Part shown: positions 24,539 through 36,304 of the stretch, piece after piece
Layout: each line of letters starts with the position of its first letter
How positions within the stretch are numbered: the first letter of the stretch is position 1
From: Paraphysomonas bandaiensis
Lineage: Eukaryota; Protista; Chrysophyceae
Reading direction: 5' to 3'
Assembly (NCBI GenBank): GCA_965644295.1
Contig: CBFFRP010000030.1
Span: 1,079 to 65,078, forward strand
Length of the DNA stretch: 64,000 bases
The notes under the pieces: generated by a model
Seen by the model: the letters and a program-made list of their open reading frames with translations, nothing else
Databases searched by the model: none
Told to the model about the DNA's origin: nothing
Made by a program: the position numbers and the translations under genes

Positions 24539-25628
24539 ATGAGCACCAGTGTGATCAAAGTGAACACCCCAAGCGTGTTCACGCTTGTTTCGAACCTAAT
24601 AACAGTTGAAGCGGCGCTGGAGACCGTGGCTGAGAAGGAAGGAAACCAATCCTTCTTGGATCTAAAGGAAGAAATGGAAAAGACTCAGAGGAGCGATGCA
24701 GAATGAGGACATCCCTTTATGGAATGCCCTTGCCCAAAAGAACTCCGGCATTAATATCGATGAAATGCTTCTTCTGTTCAGACAGAAGAAGTATTTGGAG
24801 GCTGCCTCTGCAAAGCAAAACAAGAACAGAGTGATTCAAGATGATGATGAAGCGGTTGGTGATGAAGACTATGTAAATGAAGCGGTTGGTGATGTGAATG
24901 ACGACGGGAATGTTGATGCTGCTTCAGTGGATCAAGATGATCGTGAAGATAAATCACCTGATTCTACTGCTCTGACAGAGCCCAGTGCTTCAAACCTTAT
25001 GACAAAACGAGAAATAGAGAAATGCCAATTGCTGAAGAACTTCCCACCTGATTACATGCATCAAACATATCTGGCATTTATAAAACTAGGTCCGCCGGCT
25101 GCACCATTTGATTCACCAGTCCTTCGTGGCGAATTAAGCTGTGGACCGAAGAAAAAGTTGGGCACTCTGTCCTCTGATAGTTTAATGATTAAGGCTTGCG
25201 ATCTATCGAAGCCCGCGGATCGAAGCACGCCATTAAGCAGAGCAGATGCACGAAATCAGCACAGAATGGAAGAAGAATTCGCCATCGAAAAGAAGAGAAC
25301 TAAAAAATTCTTGGTTGCGCAACAGGAGAGTAACAAATTGGAATCCTACGTCATTGACTTGGAATGCTATCGTCAGAAAATCGAAGACTTTGAGAAGAAA
25401 ATTGCATTGCATGAGGCCTTAGGAGACAAAGACTCAGCAAATCGTATTCGTTAAGAATTGTTGTCGTATTATGAAAACAACAGTATGCCATCCAAACCCA
25501 CGCTTGTTGATCTCACTGCTGAAGATAATAGCGATGACGATGGTAACCCGCATCATCCAATGAAGAAGAAGCGTATTAACCCTTTCCAGACACCATCTCC
25601 TAAAGATGAAAGCCCGTCTAATGTATGA
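24539..25628 (+). pseudogene. Harbinger accessory ORF, disrupted
   Basis: ATG 24539 is out of frame with ORF 24696-25454; protein-like sequence (ELLSYYENNSMPSKPTLVDLT...) continues after TAA 25452-25454 to TGA at 25628. Confidence 0.55.
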
Positions 25629-25879
25629 TCTTTTCGTTGTGTGCTTTACAGTTATTGCTATTAAGCTAACACTACTTATTAAACAAGCACAACTGTCTTT
25701 TTATTTCTTGCATACATTTATTCTTCTGCTACTAGCATATTACAGTCTCCAGTCTGCAGCTAAGTTCATTTTACAGTCTCTACAGTAGTCTCTAGGTAAG
25801 ATTGCATACTTTCTTAGCTACAGTATGTGAGCTCACAATGGGTGGGATCTTAAATTTTAATTACTTAACATATAGCAAG

Positions 25880-26516
25880 CTATAACCAAATCAATTCACG
25901 CTTCCTTCTGGCAACAGAATGATGAACAATAAGGTCACGACGTAGCTCATAGTGTGTAGTCTGCACTTCTTCTTCGATATGATCTGCAATAAAAGGACGC
26001 AACATAGTTCCTTCTGCGACAGGTGTATTACCATTTCTTGCGCGATTCATTGCTCTGGTTTCCATTACTCTGCGCTGAGTACCATCGTACAGGTCATCGT
26101 ACTCGTCATCTGGGTTTGATTCATTCCAGTCATACGCCTCTTCCCACCTCTTATCATATCCATCATAACTCAGCAATATGTTATGCAGAATGCAACTTGT
26201 AAAGAAGACATTATCAATTTGGTCTTTGCTATGAAGTTCAATTGCATTGCACAAAAGACGAAATCGCTTCTTCAAAATGCCGAATACATCTTCAACATCT
26301 TTACGCACAGACTCTAAATTGCAGCTCCAGCTTGCCGTCTTCTCGCAACTGGTATGTCTTACGGTTCCTGTTTTTAAATCTCCTCTCTCTCCGAAGTTTA
26401 CTCTTGATCTTCTTCGTAGGATGAAACCACTCCAGCATAATCTTACTGCAGCGTCGTCTCCTCTTCATACGTTCGAAAGCATTGAACAAACGTGTCATGT
26501 TATTCCTGTCTCCCAC
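25880..26516 (-). pseudogene. Harbinger DDE transposase remnant (N-terminal stub plus C-terminal part; catalytic core deleted)
   Basis: RKDVEDVFGILKKRFRLL...FFTSCILHN is the Harbinger (DDE_Tnp_4-like) E-motif region; no upstream D..D motifs present. Confidence 0.8.
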
Positions 26517-27143
26517 TGCTCATAATAATGACACTATATATGTCACATTAAATGACAACACTGCTTGATTTGAACATTTGAATTCAACCCAGGCTATACA
26601 GGTGTATACGTGGCCGTATATACTATTTTGATGCGAGATGTCCTAAGGAATGGCACATCAAAAGTCAAAATCCACCGAAATCCACAAAAATATTGATTTC
26701 ACATCAAAATAATTATTTTGATTTTGACATGTCCTAAGGAACGGCCTCACATCTAACACACTCCTGCCAGTATACCAGCAACCGTATATACAAAATACAT
26801 ACTCTAATAATACGTAATTTACACAATTTTACATAGTTTCGACCGTTTAGAAAAACCCACCGATCTATGTAAAACTAAAGGCAGGATTTTTGGGAGTTGT
26901 GTAAAATAATTTACACGAGAAAAAATTATTCTCTATTGTAGTGTGTGTGAGTTTTTGGGTTTAGCGAAACTAGAAGAACTATGTAAAATGAATTACACAA
27001 CCTAAACTAAAAAAATCGCCAGTTTTTGACTCCGAAAAGTGCCACAAACGGTTTGTTTTTGTGCGATCTTGCAGCTATGATCTTGCTGTTATGATGTTCA
27101 TAAGATATATATATACTTTGACATTGGTCATCAAGACAAAGTG

Positions 27144-28832
27144 ATGAATCGAGCCGCATTAGAACACGTTATTCAGGGTCAGGCAGAACGAAATGTCATG
27201 AAAGCAACACAGTCCCACTACTTATCCAAATTGCGAGTTATGACAGGACTGCTGAATGAAGCGGAGCCTGCAATTCGAAACGAAGCATTGGAAATTGTTG
27301 ATGGGGATGTTAGAAAGCATACGGGTGACGCCAAGCATATATATGTCCTGAAACTTCCAATGTCTGCAGACACCGCAAAACTTTTGTTCGCATACATCTC
27401 AATCAACAGGCACCTAGCGAAATCAAGTCGGCGAAAGAAGAAGCGAAGTTCATTCGAGATCAATCAAGAGAATGCATGCACTACTAGCGCTCCTTCAACT
27501 GGCGATAGTATAATGAATGAAAGAGATCTTAATCCCGGACAAAATGTTGTTACTGTAAGCGCACAAACGTATCAAAATTATAAGAGTGCTCTGCGTTGGT
27601 GGCACGAATATGATAGTCCGAATATGAGTAAAGTTGGTCATGTTTGGCCAGTAGAGGTTGACAGAGCTATATGTGCGGCTATTGCTACATATAAGAGGGA
27701 TATAGGGCTGAAGAAAAGAAACGGAATTATGAAAGTTCGAGACGGCAAACTTCCCTATAACCTATACGGATACAAAACCATTTGTGCCCATTTCATGAGC
27801 AAGATTCCAACTGCCAGAAGCCAGTCTTGGCATGAAGGGTTATTTGCCTCCCTATTCACTAAGTTGTCAGTGAATACAATTGGTCGTTCCGATAATATTG
27901 ACGACATCTTAACATGCAACATGGATTGGATAAACGATGCCCTAACTATTGTTTTTGGCACTACTAAAGTGGACCAAACTGGCACCAAAACTACAGATAT
28001 GAAACGTTTATACGCAAATCCATTTATGCCAGAAGTTTGTGTTATTCTAGACTTAGCTGTTTATGTGTGGTGTAAGCACTGTACAAGTACGGAAGATGCT
28101 GAATATGTATTTGATGGGGCTGACCAAGAGAAAAGATACTACAATCTATTAGTTCAAGCAGTGGAAAAGGACATCGACTCCTCGTTGGATCTTGGTTGTG
28201 CTCGGGAAGATATCGGCACTCACAGTAACCGGAAATTTGCCGAGTCGACATCAGTTTCGAGGATTGATGGCCCTAGTAGAACGCAAGTGTGTCTTCGAGC
28301 AGGGCAAGGTGTAGGCAGAACACAGGACTGCTACATGTTCTCCGAAGATGATGGTGATGCGCTAGTGGGGCGAACGGTAGCTCAACTAAAACTTAACGCT
28401 GACGAATTTGATGTACTTCCACCACATTGGTGCAATGCTGCTGTTATTCAGTTAAATGAGTATGGATGGGGCAACATCTTACCTAGCTATAACTACTACT
28501 GTGAGGGATTCCAAAGAATTATTAGAATGCTGTTTGCTAGTCTTGTTTATCATCATCATGAAGGAAACATTAAACGGCTATACCATCCCCGACATCCAAT
28601 TCACTGCCAGCCAATATTCACAGACCCTACACTTCTAAACTCGTTGAAGGATAAAGTACTTTTGTGTCACCAGTACTGCACTGATACAGGAATGAGCGCT
28701 GAAGGTGTACCTGGTATTATCTTGATATCAAGAGAGATAAGAAACTTCAAGGCGGAAGTAGATAAAGATAAATCATCAGTGTTGCAGCGCGGCCTAATGA
28801 TCTTAATATCAATACTTTGGCTAACAGATTAG
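27144..28832 (+). CDS. Crypton-type tyrosine recombinase, copy 2
   Basis: Translation identical to copy 1. Confidence 0.88.
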   Translation: MNRAALEHVIQGQAERNVMKATQSHYLSKLRVMTGLLNEAEPAIRNEALEIVDGDVRKHTGDAKHIYVLKLPMSADTAKLLFAYISINRHLAKSSRRKKKRSSFEINQENACTTSAPSTGDSIMNERDLNPGQNVVTVSAQTYQNYKSALRWWHEYDSPNMSKVGHVWPVEVDRAICAAIATYKRDIGLKKRNGIMKVRDGKLPYNLYGYKTICAHFMSKIPTARSQSWHEGLFASLFTKLSVNTIGRSDNIDDILTCNMDWINDALTIVFGTTKVDQTGTKTTDMKRLYANPFMPEVCVILDLAVYVWCKHCTSTEDAEYVFDGADQEKRYYNLLVQAVEKDIDSSLDLGCAREDIGTHSNRKFAESTSVSRIDGPSRTQVCLRAGQGVGRTQDCYMFSEDDGDALVGRTVAQLKLNADEFDVLPPHWCNAAVIQLNEYGWGNILPSYNYYCEGFQRIIRMLFASLVYHHHEGNIKRLYHPRHPIHCQPIFTDPTLLNSLKDKVLLCHQYCTDTGMSAEGVPGIILISREIRNFKAEVDKDKSSVLQRGLMILISILWLTD

Positions 28833-29844
28833 GAAAATTAAATCGTTGGTAGCTGTATTCGGAAGTGATATATATTATAAGTAAAGAATAAGGTTTTTAG
28901 TATTCGCTGTCTTATGACATTAATACCGGAAGTATTTAAATATAATAACAACTGATATATACATACTGTCAGTGTGATTCGTGTAATCGATATTATATAT
29001 ATACATACTGTCTGTGTGATTTGTGCAACAATCGATATACAGTTGTGCATTGTCAGTTGTACGGTATGCATTACCGCCAGTACGTAATATACATAATACT
29101 CATCAAGAAGGATAATTTCCAGAGAAGTCGCAGCAGTTTTGTTTGTCAGAAGTTTATTATCATGAGGTGACGTGTAATCTTGTTTATCCACAATACCTGG
29201 CGAGTCGCTGGAAGTATAGTTCTGGATGGGGCACCACCGTTGGCCAGAGTTGGTTACCTGCGCATTACACCCTAAGAGCATTACTCTCAATCCAGAACAC
29301 TTACACAGCAGTCACTCTGCGGTATGTGGCATATAAGAAGTACCGATCTTACACCGAGACAACTTCTGGAGCACGATGCTGATACAGAGGTGTATATATA
29401 GGAAATAATTTACCCAAAATATTTTTTCTATTAATTGCATGCATTGATAATACTAATATGAACGCTGTCCCCCATTGATGGATATTGAAGATGCTAACGG
29501 TCACATTACTTGAATCCTTGAATTATCGGGAGAACTTCACAGGATGCACACTGAGCATACCTTCTGCAAAATAACGACTCAAGCAGTATTTTATCCTCTT
29601 GTAAGGGTCCTCTTCCACTTCACTGTCTCTTCTTAAGGCAATAACCACACACATGAAGCAGTTGTCTCAAGCGGTTAAAAGTCATCGTACTGGTCTTGCA
29701 CAGCATGAAGCTTGCGGTACAGTGAAGTCAAGTCAGTCCATTAACGACTCCATCAATCGTCCTTTGTTTTAATCTGCAGGTTGGGTCATAATTTCACCCC
29801 ACAATAGACTGTCTGTGTGTCTATTTATGGTCACATGACCCTCA

Positions 29845-32305
29845 GGCCGTTCCTTAGGACATGTCAAAATCAAAAAAATGGTATTATTTTGACAGTGGGG
29901 TGCGTTTTGCCATTCCTTAGGACAGTCAAAAATCAAAATAATGGCAAAATATTATTTTGACACCCGGCTCGCATCAAAATAATGGTCACTATTTTGACGC
30001 CAGAGAAGGAATGTCAAAATAGTTGACCTCGCGTCAAAATAGTTGATAAGGCCATTATAACCACAATAAGTCATCTTTTAGACAGAAGTAACACACGATG
30101 AGCACCAGTGTGATCAAAGTGAACACCCCAAGCGTGTTCACGCTTGTTTCGAACCTAATAACAGTTGAAGCGGCGCTGGAGACCGTGGCTGAGAAGGAAG
30201 GAAACCAATCCTTCTTGGATCTAAAGGAAGAAATGGAAAAGACTCAGAGGAGCGATGCAGAATGAGGACATCCCTTTATGGAATGCCCTTGCCCAAAAGA
30301 ACTCCGGCATTAATATCGATGAAATGCTTCTTCTGTTCAGACAGAAGAAGTATTTGGAGGCTGCCTCTGCAAAGCAAAACAAGAACAGAGTGATTCAAGA
30401 TGATGATGAAGCGGTTGGTGATGAAGACTATGTAAATGAAGCGGTTGGTGATGTGAATGACGACGGGAATGTTGATGCTGCTTCAGTGGATCAAGATGAT
30501 CGTGAAGATAAATCACCTGATTCTACTGCTCTGACAGAGCCCAGTGCTTCAAACCTTATGACAAAACGAGAAATAGAGAAATGCCAATTGCTGAAGAACT
30601 TCCCACCTGATTACATGCATCAAACATATCTGGCATTTATAAAACTAGGTCCGCCGGCTGCACCATTTGATTCACCAGTCCTTCGTGGCGAATTAAGCTG
30701 TGGACCGAAGAAAAAGTTGGGCACTCTGTCCTCTGATAGTTTAATGATTAAGGCTTGCGATCTATCGAAGCCCGCGGATCGAAGCACGCCATTAAGCAGA
30801 GCAGATGCACGAAATCAGCACAGAATGGAAGAAGAATTCGCCATCGAAAAGAAGAGAACTAAAAAATTCTTGGTTGCGCAACAGGAGAGTAACAAATTGG
30901 AATCCTACGTCATTGACTTGGAATGCTATCGTCAGAAAATCGAAGACTTTGAGAAGAAAATTGCATTGCATGAGGCCTTAGGAGACAAAGACTCAGCAAA
31001 TCGTATTCGTTAAGAATTGTTGTCGTATTATGAAAACAACAGTATGCCATCCAAACCCACGCTTGTTGATCTCACTGCTGAAGATAATAGCGATGACGAT
31101 GGTAACCCGCATCATCCAATGAAGAAGAAGCGTATTAACCCTTTCCAGACACCATCTCCTAAAGATGAAAGCCCGTCTAATGTATGATCTTTTCGTTGTG
31201 TGCTTTACAGTTATTGCTATTAAGCTAACACTACTTATTAAACAAGCACAACTGTCTTTTTATTTCTTGCATACATTTATTCTTCTGCTACTAGCATATT
31301 ACAGTCTCCAGTCTGCAGCTAAGTTCATTTTACAGTCTCTACAGTAGTCTCTAGGTAAGATTGCATACTTTCTTAGCTACAGTATGTGAGCTCACAATGG
31401 GTGGGATCTTAAATTTTAATTACTTAACATATAGCAAGCTATAACCAAATCAATTCACGCTTCCTTCTGGCAACAGAATGATGAACAATAAGGTCACGAC
31501 GTAGCTCATAGTGTGTAGTCTGCACTTCTTCTTCGATATGATCTGCAATAAAAGGACGCAACATAGTTCCTTCTGCGACAGGTGTATTACCATTTCTTGC
31601 GCGATTCATTGCTCTGGTTTCCATTACTCTGCGCTGAGTACCATCGTACAGGTCATCGTACTCGTCATCTGGGTTTGATTCATTCCAGTCATACGCCTCT
31701 TCCCACCTCTTATCATATCCATCATAACTCAGCAATATGTTATGCAGAATGCAACTTGTAAAGAAGACATTATCAATTTGGTCTTTGCTATGAAGTTCAA
31801 TTGCATTGCACAAAAGACGAAATCGCTTCTTCAAAATGCCGAATACATCTTCAACATCTTTACGCACAGACTCTAAATTGCAGCTCCAGCTTGCCGTCTT
31901 CTCGCAACTGGTATGTCTTACGGTTCCTGTTTTTAAATCTCCTCTCTCTCCGAAGTTTACTCTTGATCTTCTTCGTAGGATGAAACCACTCCAGCATAAT
32001 CTTACTGCAGCGTCGTCTCCTCTTCATACGTTCGAAAGCATTGAACAAACGTGTCATGTTATTCCTGTCTCCCACTGCTCATAATAATGACACTATATAT
32101 GTCACATTAAATGACAACACTGCTTGATTTGAACATTTGAATTCAACCCAGGCTATACAGGTGTATACGTGGCCGTATATACTATTTTGATGCGAGATGT
32201 CCTAAGGAATGGCACATCAAAAGTCAAAATCCACCGAAATCCACAAAAATATTGATTTCACATCAAAATAATTATTTTGATTTTGACATGTCCTAAGGAA
32301 CGGCC
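29845..32305. mobile_element. PIF/Harbinger deletion derivative nested in unit 2
   Basis: Same TIRs, TCA TSD and ORFs (30255-31013 +, 31439-32075 -) as copy 1. Confidence 0.9.
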
Positions 32306-32641
32306 TCACATCTAACACACTCCTGCCAGTATACCAGCAACCGTATATACAAAATACATACTCTAATAATACGTAATTTACACAATTTTACATAGTTTCG
32401 ACCGTTTAGAAAAATTCACACTCTATAAACTACAATGATGCTGCTCCTCCTGTCGAAACACAAGAGGTGATGTGCTGCTCTTGCTGTCACAATGGTTGGT
32501 GTGTTGTATGGTAGAGTGCCATCAATTGGTTGGTGGAATAAAATCACTTCGACTTTTTCTCGTGCAGTTAATGTATGAGGTCCTCCAAGTGACTAACAAA
32601 CTGGTGATCAGCAACAGTAAACTACCTCCTGCATTGCAAAT

Positions 32642-34678
32642 ATGTCGAGCACAAGCTTTAATGTGCTCTTTGAGTCCTCGGCTGGCTATGCTTTGTTTTC
32701 TGTGCTGGAGAGTGAGGAGATAGGAAGTCTTGTTAGCGAGGTAGGCAGGGTGTACGTGCAGTGCGTGTATATGGATAACCTGATCGTTGGATCGATTAAT
32801 TCATTTTCTACATGTAATATGCAATGCAGGTGCAGGCTGGTATGACTGACTTGGCTCGCTTTCAGCGAATTGTCAAGATGACTGCATTCACACCCTTCTT
32901 GACCGCTGAAAATGCTCTGGAGAATATTAATGCGATCTCGGAGCACGAGATATCAGATGAACTCAGAGTAAGTGCTTTGTAACCGTACAACTGTTTTCAT
33001 CATCATCGACTCTTTTATTCAGTCTTTCCTTGAATCTAACCTTCCTAAAGGCAAGAAAGCTACCAAGCATCCTCTTGGAGTGGTATGTTGCATACCTCCT
33101 TAGACTATATGCCCTGATTTTATGTATATACGACTTTAGATCGAGCCTGTGTTGGCACAGGCCATCCAGGAGAACCTTGACATTTCTTGTCGCTCGGATG
33201 AGACAGTTCGTGAACTGATTCGTGGATTGCGTATGCATTTCACAAAATTTGTTAAGCCTCTAGCAGGAGGCAACCTGGAGCAATCACAATTAGGTTTGGG
33301 TCATTCATACTCGCGCTCAAAGGTACTGTATGCATGGCACAATGGTTGCTGTATGATATACGCAAGACACAATCCATGTGATAACACTAGTATCTCGCAA
33401 TATTTACTGTGCAATATATGTAGGTGAAATTCAACCCTGGTCGGGCTGACAACATGATTATTCAGTCAATCGCCCTTTTGGATCAGCTGGATAAAGATCT
33501 CAATACTTTTGCAATGAGAGTTCGGGAGTGGTATGGTTGGCACTTTCCTGAGCTCAAGAGTATTGTCAGCGACAACTATCTCTATGCTCGGTGCGCAGCC
33601 TTTATCCAGGTTGGTATATGATAATAATCTGCTCATTAGTTGAAGTTGTAACCAACGATTTGAATGCACTATAGGATAAGTCAACGCTTTCAGACGACAA
33701 AATCCCTGGTCTCGAGGCTATTCTGGGAGAGGAAGCTGACGCAAAGGCCATTGTGAAAGCAGCCAAGGCCTCGATGGGCATGGATACGTCCGAGCAAGAT
33801 ATGGCTAATATCCTTGTTTTCACTGAACGCATGGTTGCACTTGCTCAGTACCGCAAGGAGCTCTATGCCTACCTTGAAGAGAAGATGTCAACCGTGGCAC
33901 CAAACCTTTCGGCACTTATCGGGGAGACTGTTGCAGCGAGACTGATTCAAAAGGCTGGCTCCCTAACTTCGCTTGCGAAGTGCCCCGCTTCCACTGTGCA
34001 GATTCTAGGAGCAGAGAAAGCTCTTTTCCGGTACGTGTTCGTTTCGTGCTATTATCTATGTGAGAAGCTTATTTATAAAACACGTAGTGCCCTCAAGACG
34101 AAAGGTAACACCCCGAAGTACGGCATCATCTACCACTCGTCATTCATCGGTCGAGCATCTGCTAAGAACAAAGGACGTATATCACGTTACCTTGCAAATA
34201 AATGCTCCATTGCTTCCCGTGTAGATTCATTTATTGATGAGCCCACCAGTGCCTATGGCAATCAGCTACGCGAGCAGGTCGAAGAAAGGCTTAACTTCTA
34301 TGACACTGGAGCAGCACCTCGCAAGAATGTAGATGTCATGACTGCGGTCTCTCAGAAACTCCGCCAACTCTCAGAAGGTGCGGGGTCAGATGACAAGAAG
34401 AAGTCGAAGAAGAAGAGGAAGGCGGATGAAATCGAAGACGAAGTACCGACTGTTGAAGCTGAGTCCAAGGAGAAGAAGAAAAAAAAGAAGACTAAGGAGG
34501 CTGCTGAGGTTGCAGTAGTGAGTGAAGAACCGAAAAAGAAAAAGAAGAAGGCTTCCCCTGAAGTTGAGGCTGTGGTTGCTGTTGAAGAATCTGCGAAGAA
34601 AAAGAAAAAGAAGAAGGTGTGCATCTGTGTGACATGTCACTTCATCTTAACATATATTTTCAGGATAAAAGCGCTTAA
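32642..34678 (+). CDS. NOP56: Nucleolar protein 56 (box C/D snoRNP; multi-exon)
   Basis: [103 protein letters not shown]-rich tail. Confidence 0.95.
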
Positions 34679-35130
34679 GCTTACGCTATCCAACTCCCAT
34701 TGGAATATAGCAAATTTAATCTAGCGAACTCACATGTCTTGTGTGTGAACTCTTGTTCGATCATGACAATGAAACACGTAGTTTACAGTTGTAGTCAGTT
34801 TGTGGTAAATGTGTTTCTGGAAAGATAAAGCTCTAGAATTAAGGAATACAAGCCAACATAACTGAATAATATATAGTACCCTTTTCCGTTCATATTTCCT
34901 ACCGTAGCTTATTGAATTCTATATTCTAGCACTGGGACATTACCTGGTTTGACTTAAGCGCCACGCACAATGTGATGAGCAGGGAATGGGAACAATATAT
35001 TATATATTGTATTTTACTTGTACAATATATTGATTGGTGGACTGGTCAAATATTCCATCAATGTTGTTTCTGTAAAAGTAGCTCACATATATTGCAATCA
35101 ATATTATGATAGCCATATACAGAAAGATTC

Positions 35131-35353
35131 TATTAGGATTCAGCTTAATACATGATTGTATCTGTGAGTTATAATGTTCAATGAAATACACCATGAACTG
35201 AATTAGAGAGAGTATCTGTCGAAGATACGTGATCGTCATCATAACGTCGTCATTATCAGTTACACTTCTAACTATTCCGTTGTGCATGATAGTACGTTCT
35301 ATATTGTTATTCATAATTTTCAATCTATCGCGTTCATTACTTACACTCTAATA
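35131..35353 (+). mobile_element. Probable solo LTR with TATTAG...CTAATA termini
   Basis: Starts with the TATTAGGATTCAGCTTA motif that abuts a PPT at 554; ends CTCTAATA like the 60459-60666 LTR. No clean TSD (GATTC vs ATCAC). Confidence 0.6.
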
Positions 35354-35407
35354 ATCACAACATTGTTTTACTATTATAAAGATCAATTCTTTATTGATTC
35401 TTAACTG

Positions 35408-35998
35408 CAGGGTAAAAAATATAAGTCCATGTATATAAATCTCCGTTCAGACAGTGATTATTGCAACAATACTGAGGATGATGAAGCTGAATTTGGATAT
35501 GCGGAGAAACTTCTTCAATCAGCTCTAAAATTTAAGCAACGAAATGTTGAAATATCTAAGTATAGGTGCACGAGTCATGTAGTATGTACTTCCAATACAT
35601 GTGAACGCCTGTTCAGCGCAGCAAAACTGATTATATCAGTGTTGCGTAAAAGTATGCATCCTACTACACTTAATATACTGTTGTTTCTGAAAGCTAACCG
35701 ACAGTTGTGGCCGGATGCAAGCATATTTCAATCGGATGAATATGGTGATGATGATGTCACCGATGATGGCTCAGAGGAAACTTTTAATCACTTAAGAGTA
35801 GTGGGTCTGATTATCAAGTGACCTTAGACGTTATAATGACAAGTACTAGAAACTACGGATGTGTTTACTTACTGATTAGTCATACTAATATATTATGGCA
35901 ATATATTGTACAATATATTGAAATATATTGCAATAGTATTGTAGGGCCGGTTTAAAAACTCCATCAATAGTATTGCAATATATTTTTCCCTATCTCTG
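35408..35998 (+). mobile_element. hAT transposon relic (C-terminal dimerisation domain and 3' subterminal repeats)
   Basis: TSNTCERLFSAAKLI...LNILLFLKANRQLW; repeated ATATTG/CAATA motifs 35890-35980 ending ...CTCTG. Confidence 0.7.
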
Positions 35999-36304
35999 GT
36001 GATGAGTAGTTATTCTAGTATGTCTTAGAAAATATACTTGATTAATCATAATCACATAGCCCGTCTACTATTATAACATCGAACAATTATGATATCTACC
36101 TGCAACGAAGAACACTATTCATGTTCAATATTAGAATTCGTACTGTTTCTGTCAAGCTATTCATCAAATTGATAGCTCCATCCTCCGGAGCAGTGGAAAA
36201 ATATAGTGCTATATTGCTATATTGTATCAAATAACAACCTATTTAGATTTTAGCTCCATTGTAATTGTTTAAATGTCATATATTGAGCATATACGATGCT
36301 GGTT

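Larger units (their letters stand above)
24286..26746. mobile_element. PIF/Harbinger-family deletion derivative nested in unit 1
   Basis: 31-bp perfect TIR GGCCGTTCCTTAGGACATGTCAAAATCAAAA; 3-bp TSD TCA (24283-24285 and 26747-26749); many subterminal TCAAAAT repeats; two convergent ORFs. Confidence 0.9.
21292..26850 (+). mobile_element. Crypton-like tyrosine-recombinase transposon, copy 1 (5559-bp unit)
   Basis: Encodes a YR; AAAAA at each boundary; CTATGTAAAA (21306-21315) inverted with TTTTACATAG (26827-26836); no RT, LTR or DDE termini at unit ends. Confidence 0.8.
26851..32414 (+). mobile_element. Crypton-like tyrosine-recombinase transposon, copy 2 (tandem, includes closing AAAAA 32410-32414)
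   Basis: Every ORF of copy 1 recurs with identical translation at +5559; no differences seen by eye. Confidence 0.8.

Noticed and set aside
25452-25454. In-frame TAA followed by protein-like sequence, suggesting stop-codon reassignment
   Set aside because: TAA terminates ordinary genes here (TBL1, NOP56, Derlin, RRM) and long ORFs have no internal stops; it is a lesion in a defective transposon.
21292-32414. YR element as a DIRS/Ngaro retrotransposon, Polinton or prophage
   Set aside because: No RT/RNase H, polymerase, capsid or other phage genes in the unit.
32741-33673. Intronic box C/D snoRNAs in NOP56
   Set aside because: No intron has a correctly placed RTGATGA/CTGA pair that I could confirm.
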